In this document: one piece after another, positions 60,595-64,000 of the stretch
Layout: every line of letters starts with the position of its first letter
How positions within the stretch are numbered: the stretch's first letter is position 1
Source of the DNA: Laetmonice hystrix
Taxonomy: Eukaryota
Length of the DNA stretch: 64,000 bases
Reading direction: 5' to 3'
Assembly (NCBI GenBank): GCA_965235115.1
Contig: OZ249449.1
Span: 11,408,001-11,472,000 of the forward strand
Position numbers and translations under genes: made by a program
Notes under the pieces: generated by a model
Seen by the model: the letters and a program-made list of their open reading frames with translations, nothing else
The model's database searches: none
What the model was told of the DNA's origin: nothing

Positions 60595-62303
60595 CAGGGG
60601 GCTTTGTGTGTGATTATGTTATTACAATGTCCCGTTAATTAGATTTATAACAACTGCTAACCTTTCACTGTGTCATCGATAAATTGGCGGTTTGTAAATA
60701 CGTGTACTTGGATTGGAGTCTTCCATATATCTGTTTGGTCAACTTCTTCATTTTATAGTTTTTTGTAAAAGTTTGCACATTTTCTCATTTATTACAATAC
60801 ACACAGTGAATATGGCAGTTTGTTTTCTCACCAGTAGAGTCAACCATAATTTATTGCAATGTGTACATTGTATTATAACTCCTATCACTCACGCCCGCCC
60901 AAAATAGAAGGTAAGCTTAGCCTGCATGGATTCAAACATTGACTGAATATGAAAGAGAGCCCCAGTTATCGGCCATGGGACAAGATAGAGAAATATATAC
61001 AGAAATATTAAAAAGAGTTATTTTGATAGCATATGACATAGTAGTTAAACAAGATTGTAAAAGGTCGGAGCCTGCAACCCTACGATGGGACACGTTCTTA
61101 CTGAAGTGTAACGTGAATCGGGACTCTGGTGTCCATTGTTCTGAGAATGTGAACACATGATTCACTTAAATCTTGTTTAAAGTAAGAAAACGTCAAAGGA
61201 TTTCAAAAATAAATGTAATACTTGTAAGGCTAGGTTGTTGATACATGTAGCTGGAAACGAAGCTGTACATATTTACAGCATTAAACTGTTGACGTAACCG
61301 GACGTCAAATCAAAAGTGAACAGAGCGACCCACGAGTGGGACGCTGAAGGTCAAACGCAGCGTGATGACGTAATGACGTGACGTGTTGACGTTTGCTGCG
61401 AGTCTAATCAGATGCGGGCGACCGTATGTTTAAGTGCCGTTCCAGCTCTGTCGATGTTGCGCGTTCCATTCACCCAATGACACGTAATTTATGCGTTATT
61501 ATATCATTTTGTTCTCCTGCTGATGTTGCTAAGTAATTTCATTAAAAGTAGTAAGTGTAGATATGTTTAATTGTAAACGTAGGCTTTTTCAGGGGGGGGG
61601 GGGTTATTTTGCGCACATGACCGAGGGATATTTTGTACAATATTGAAATAAAACCATTTAAATGCAATTCCTGATGCTGTGTGGTTGTTCTATTTCTAAC
61701 TAGAACACTGTAGTTCGGCGTACTAAGCCAAGGGATCCTTTGCCCTTCTACATAAGGCTAGCGTCCCATTTACTGTAAATATTAAGCTCATTTTTTGTTC
61801 ATCTCTGCTGAATAATGAGATACAGGCCAGAATAAATGAAATACAGGGAATGCGAGTCAGCACCCGGTGGAGGCAGTTGAGTACCCATTGAAGTCACATA
61901 TTTGGCCTGTATATGAATCACCGGGTCTTTGTTGTGTGTTTTGGAGATAAAAAAAACTTCTCCGCGGCCGGACGCTGCCTTTGACACAAGACACCGCGGC
62001 TGTCACGGCAACATGTAATCCATCATCTGTTGCCATGACAACACGAGGTGAATGTAAACAGTTCTCGTGGCAGCGAGAGGAAAGGTTGTTGGGGAGTCAA
62101 TTTTGCGTTCCTTATTTCTTATACGAGGAGGGCACTCCGCGAGGCTGTCGTCCGTTAGAGCCACCTAGTGGCATATTTGATAACCAAGACTCGCTGATGT
62201 TGTAGTGTCACTTTCATGACCTGATGTTGATGAGAATTGTACATGAGGTAGACAGATAAATAGATGAGGACCTAGCCTAACTAACTAAACAAAAGAAGGC
62301 TAC

Positions 62304-62391
62304 GTCCGGTTTTTCAACATACAAGTTCCTGCTTGGCTGGCCTGAGGAGACCAGCCAATCAGTTTTAAGCATAGAGCCAGAAAACCCGGGC
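62304..62391. mobile_element. Degenerate MITE of the CCAAT-palindrome family
   Basis: Ends GTCCGGTTTTTCAA / GAAAACCCGGGC; internal TTGGCTGGCC...GACCAGCCAATCAG. Confidence 0.5.
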
Positions 62392-64000
62392 TTTCAACCC
62401 GTAAAGAGCGTCTCGGGATAGATCAGGGCAAGCTCTGTAGCTTTCTGATAGGTCTAATAAGTTTGGAAGCGTTCGTCCCACGGACAGGCAGGCGAAAGGT
62501 TTCACTAAACCAGGGTTCGTAGCCTCTCATGACAATAAAATTCCATGACTTCCAATGACCTTTTCCACGACCTGTCACCTTGTTCCATGACAGGCTGTGC
62601 TACATTTGTATAAGTTTTGGGGGAACAAGCCAGTGTGGCGACTATGCAGTGCATAACCGCTAGGGGGCTAGTTCCTGCTCTACTCACTTGGGGTCGCTTC
62701 GCTCTCTAGCTAAACTCTGGTAGGGTAGAAGACAAAAGAGATTGAGTTTCTTTGCGATTTTATTAGTTATTTATGAAAAAATCTGTAACCAGAATTTCCA
62801 AACAGGCAATGATTCATCTGGTTTAACGTATATCGCACACAGGAATATCACTCTAGAAATTCTTTGAACTTAAATGAAGTACAGCGTCAAATGTGTCCCC
62901 AAGAAAACAGGGGACAATCTGGAAAAGAACGGTTTCTAAACGTTTTAGGAAGCAGCAATGGCTAAATAAACGTTATAAAGATGTATGAGTCCCAGGTATG
63001 TTGAGATATGTAGATGAAAGCAATACAACATGGTTGAAAAATGTGGTTTTACAAAAGGCAAGTACGGACGTGTGTGGGAATGATTCGGCCATTGGTCCTT
63101 ACATAGTTACATTAAATAAAGACGGATACATGTTCAAAATGTAATGCATGCTTAATTTAATATTTTATATAATGTATAATATAGCTATGTACCGGTAAGA
63201 AAATGACTGAGGATAGTCAGGTCCCAGTTTGGGATATTAATAACTATTCATCGGAAAGAATTTTTGGGGAAAATGCATTTCAAATACCGGCGTGCCATCG
63301 CAAGCAGAACACATTTAATCTATAATGCTAAACTGAAATACACAGGCATATACATAGGCTTGCAACACATGCAGAGAACTCATTCAACCTACTACCATGT
63401 ACTGAATTATAACTGCTCCCAATATTGTAAAAATTTAGGGTCAAATGTGTATTATTTAAAGCCGAACAAATCGAGAACTTCACTCACCATATTGTGTTAC
63501 ACAGTTACTGCATCATTTTATAAGTTCATTTCCAAATTAATATACAAAAATTCCTTTTCTATTCAATTGCACTTTTTCACATATTTGTACCATTTCCTAG
63601 TCTCGGTCTTCCCAACCATTCAAGGTGACTTTCTTTGTTGAAACATGATTAAACACTCTGGTATCACAGTTGACACAGTTCGGCGACGGTCGGCAGGAGT
63701 CGTCTGCTCCGCAGTTCTGAACGTTTACACTAGAGGGCGCCTCAGTTTGAGACCTCTAGCCAAACGCCTGTTGTTCTGTTACTATATTTCTGATAACACA
63801 GGAAGTGTTCTTAGATTTCATTCGAGTGAAATCTCGCCAAAAGTTAAACATAATATGAAGCATAAAGGAAGAGATTATTTTTCAAACTGTTTCTTGTTTT
63901 ACTACATGAATTCATCATAAGCCATACCTCTAACAATGTAGAGGCCTATCAAAGATGTGACAAATAAAATATATTCTCTCACATTCCATGCATGTTATTC

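Overview
Eukaryotic, intron-rich animal DNA; a bilaterian invertebrate, probably lophotrochozoan (inferred from the style of the Vang and GPCR proteins). No CRISPR, rRNA or intact tRNA genes were found. Four spliced protein-coding genes were rebuilt by hand, all with GT-AG introns and consistent phases. (1) An orphan class A peptide-type GPCR (+, 4909-6726, 2 exons, 426 aa). (2) A 1719-aa gene (-, 17105-8374, 8 exons): signal peptide, Goliath/RNF13-type PA domain, four Ig domains and a ~1100-aa Ser/Thr/Pro-rich tail, with no visible TM helix or RING. This is the most unusual object in the window. (3) A 9-exon PhyH-family Fe(II)/2-oxoglutarate dioxygenase (-, 24791-19359, 329 aa). (4) Van Gogh/Strabismus (Vangl; +, 51925-57652, 567 aa) with a probable non-coding first exon ~24 kb upstream. 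The probable 3' end of a fifth gene lies at 90-1645 and carries a MITE. Non-coding DNA holds several MITE families (Harbinger-like, Kolobok-like, one nested), a tandem array of tRNA-derived Pol III heads, a minisatellite of near-copies of a splice acceptor, palindromic satellites, and many CTCF-like and RFX X-box-like motifs. No database searches were run; family assignments rest on recognised motifs.
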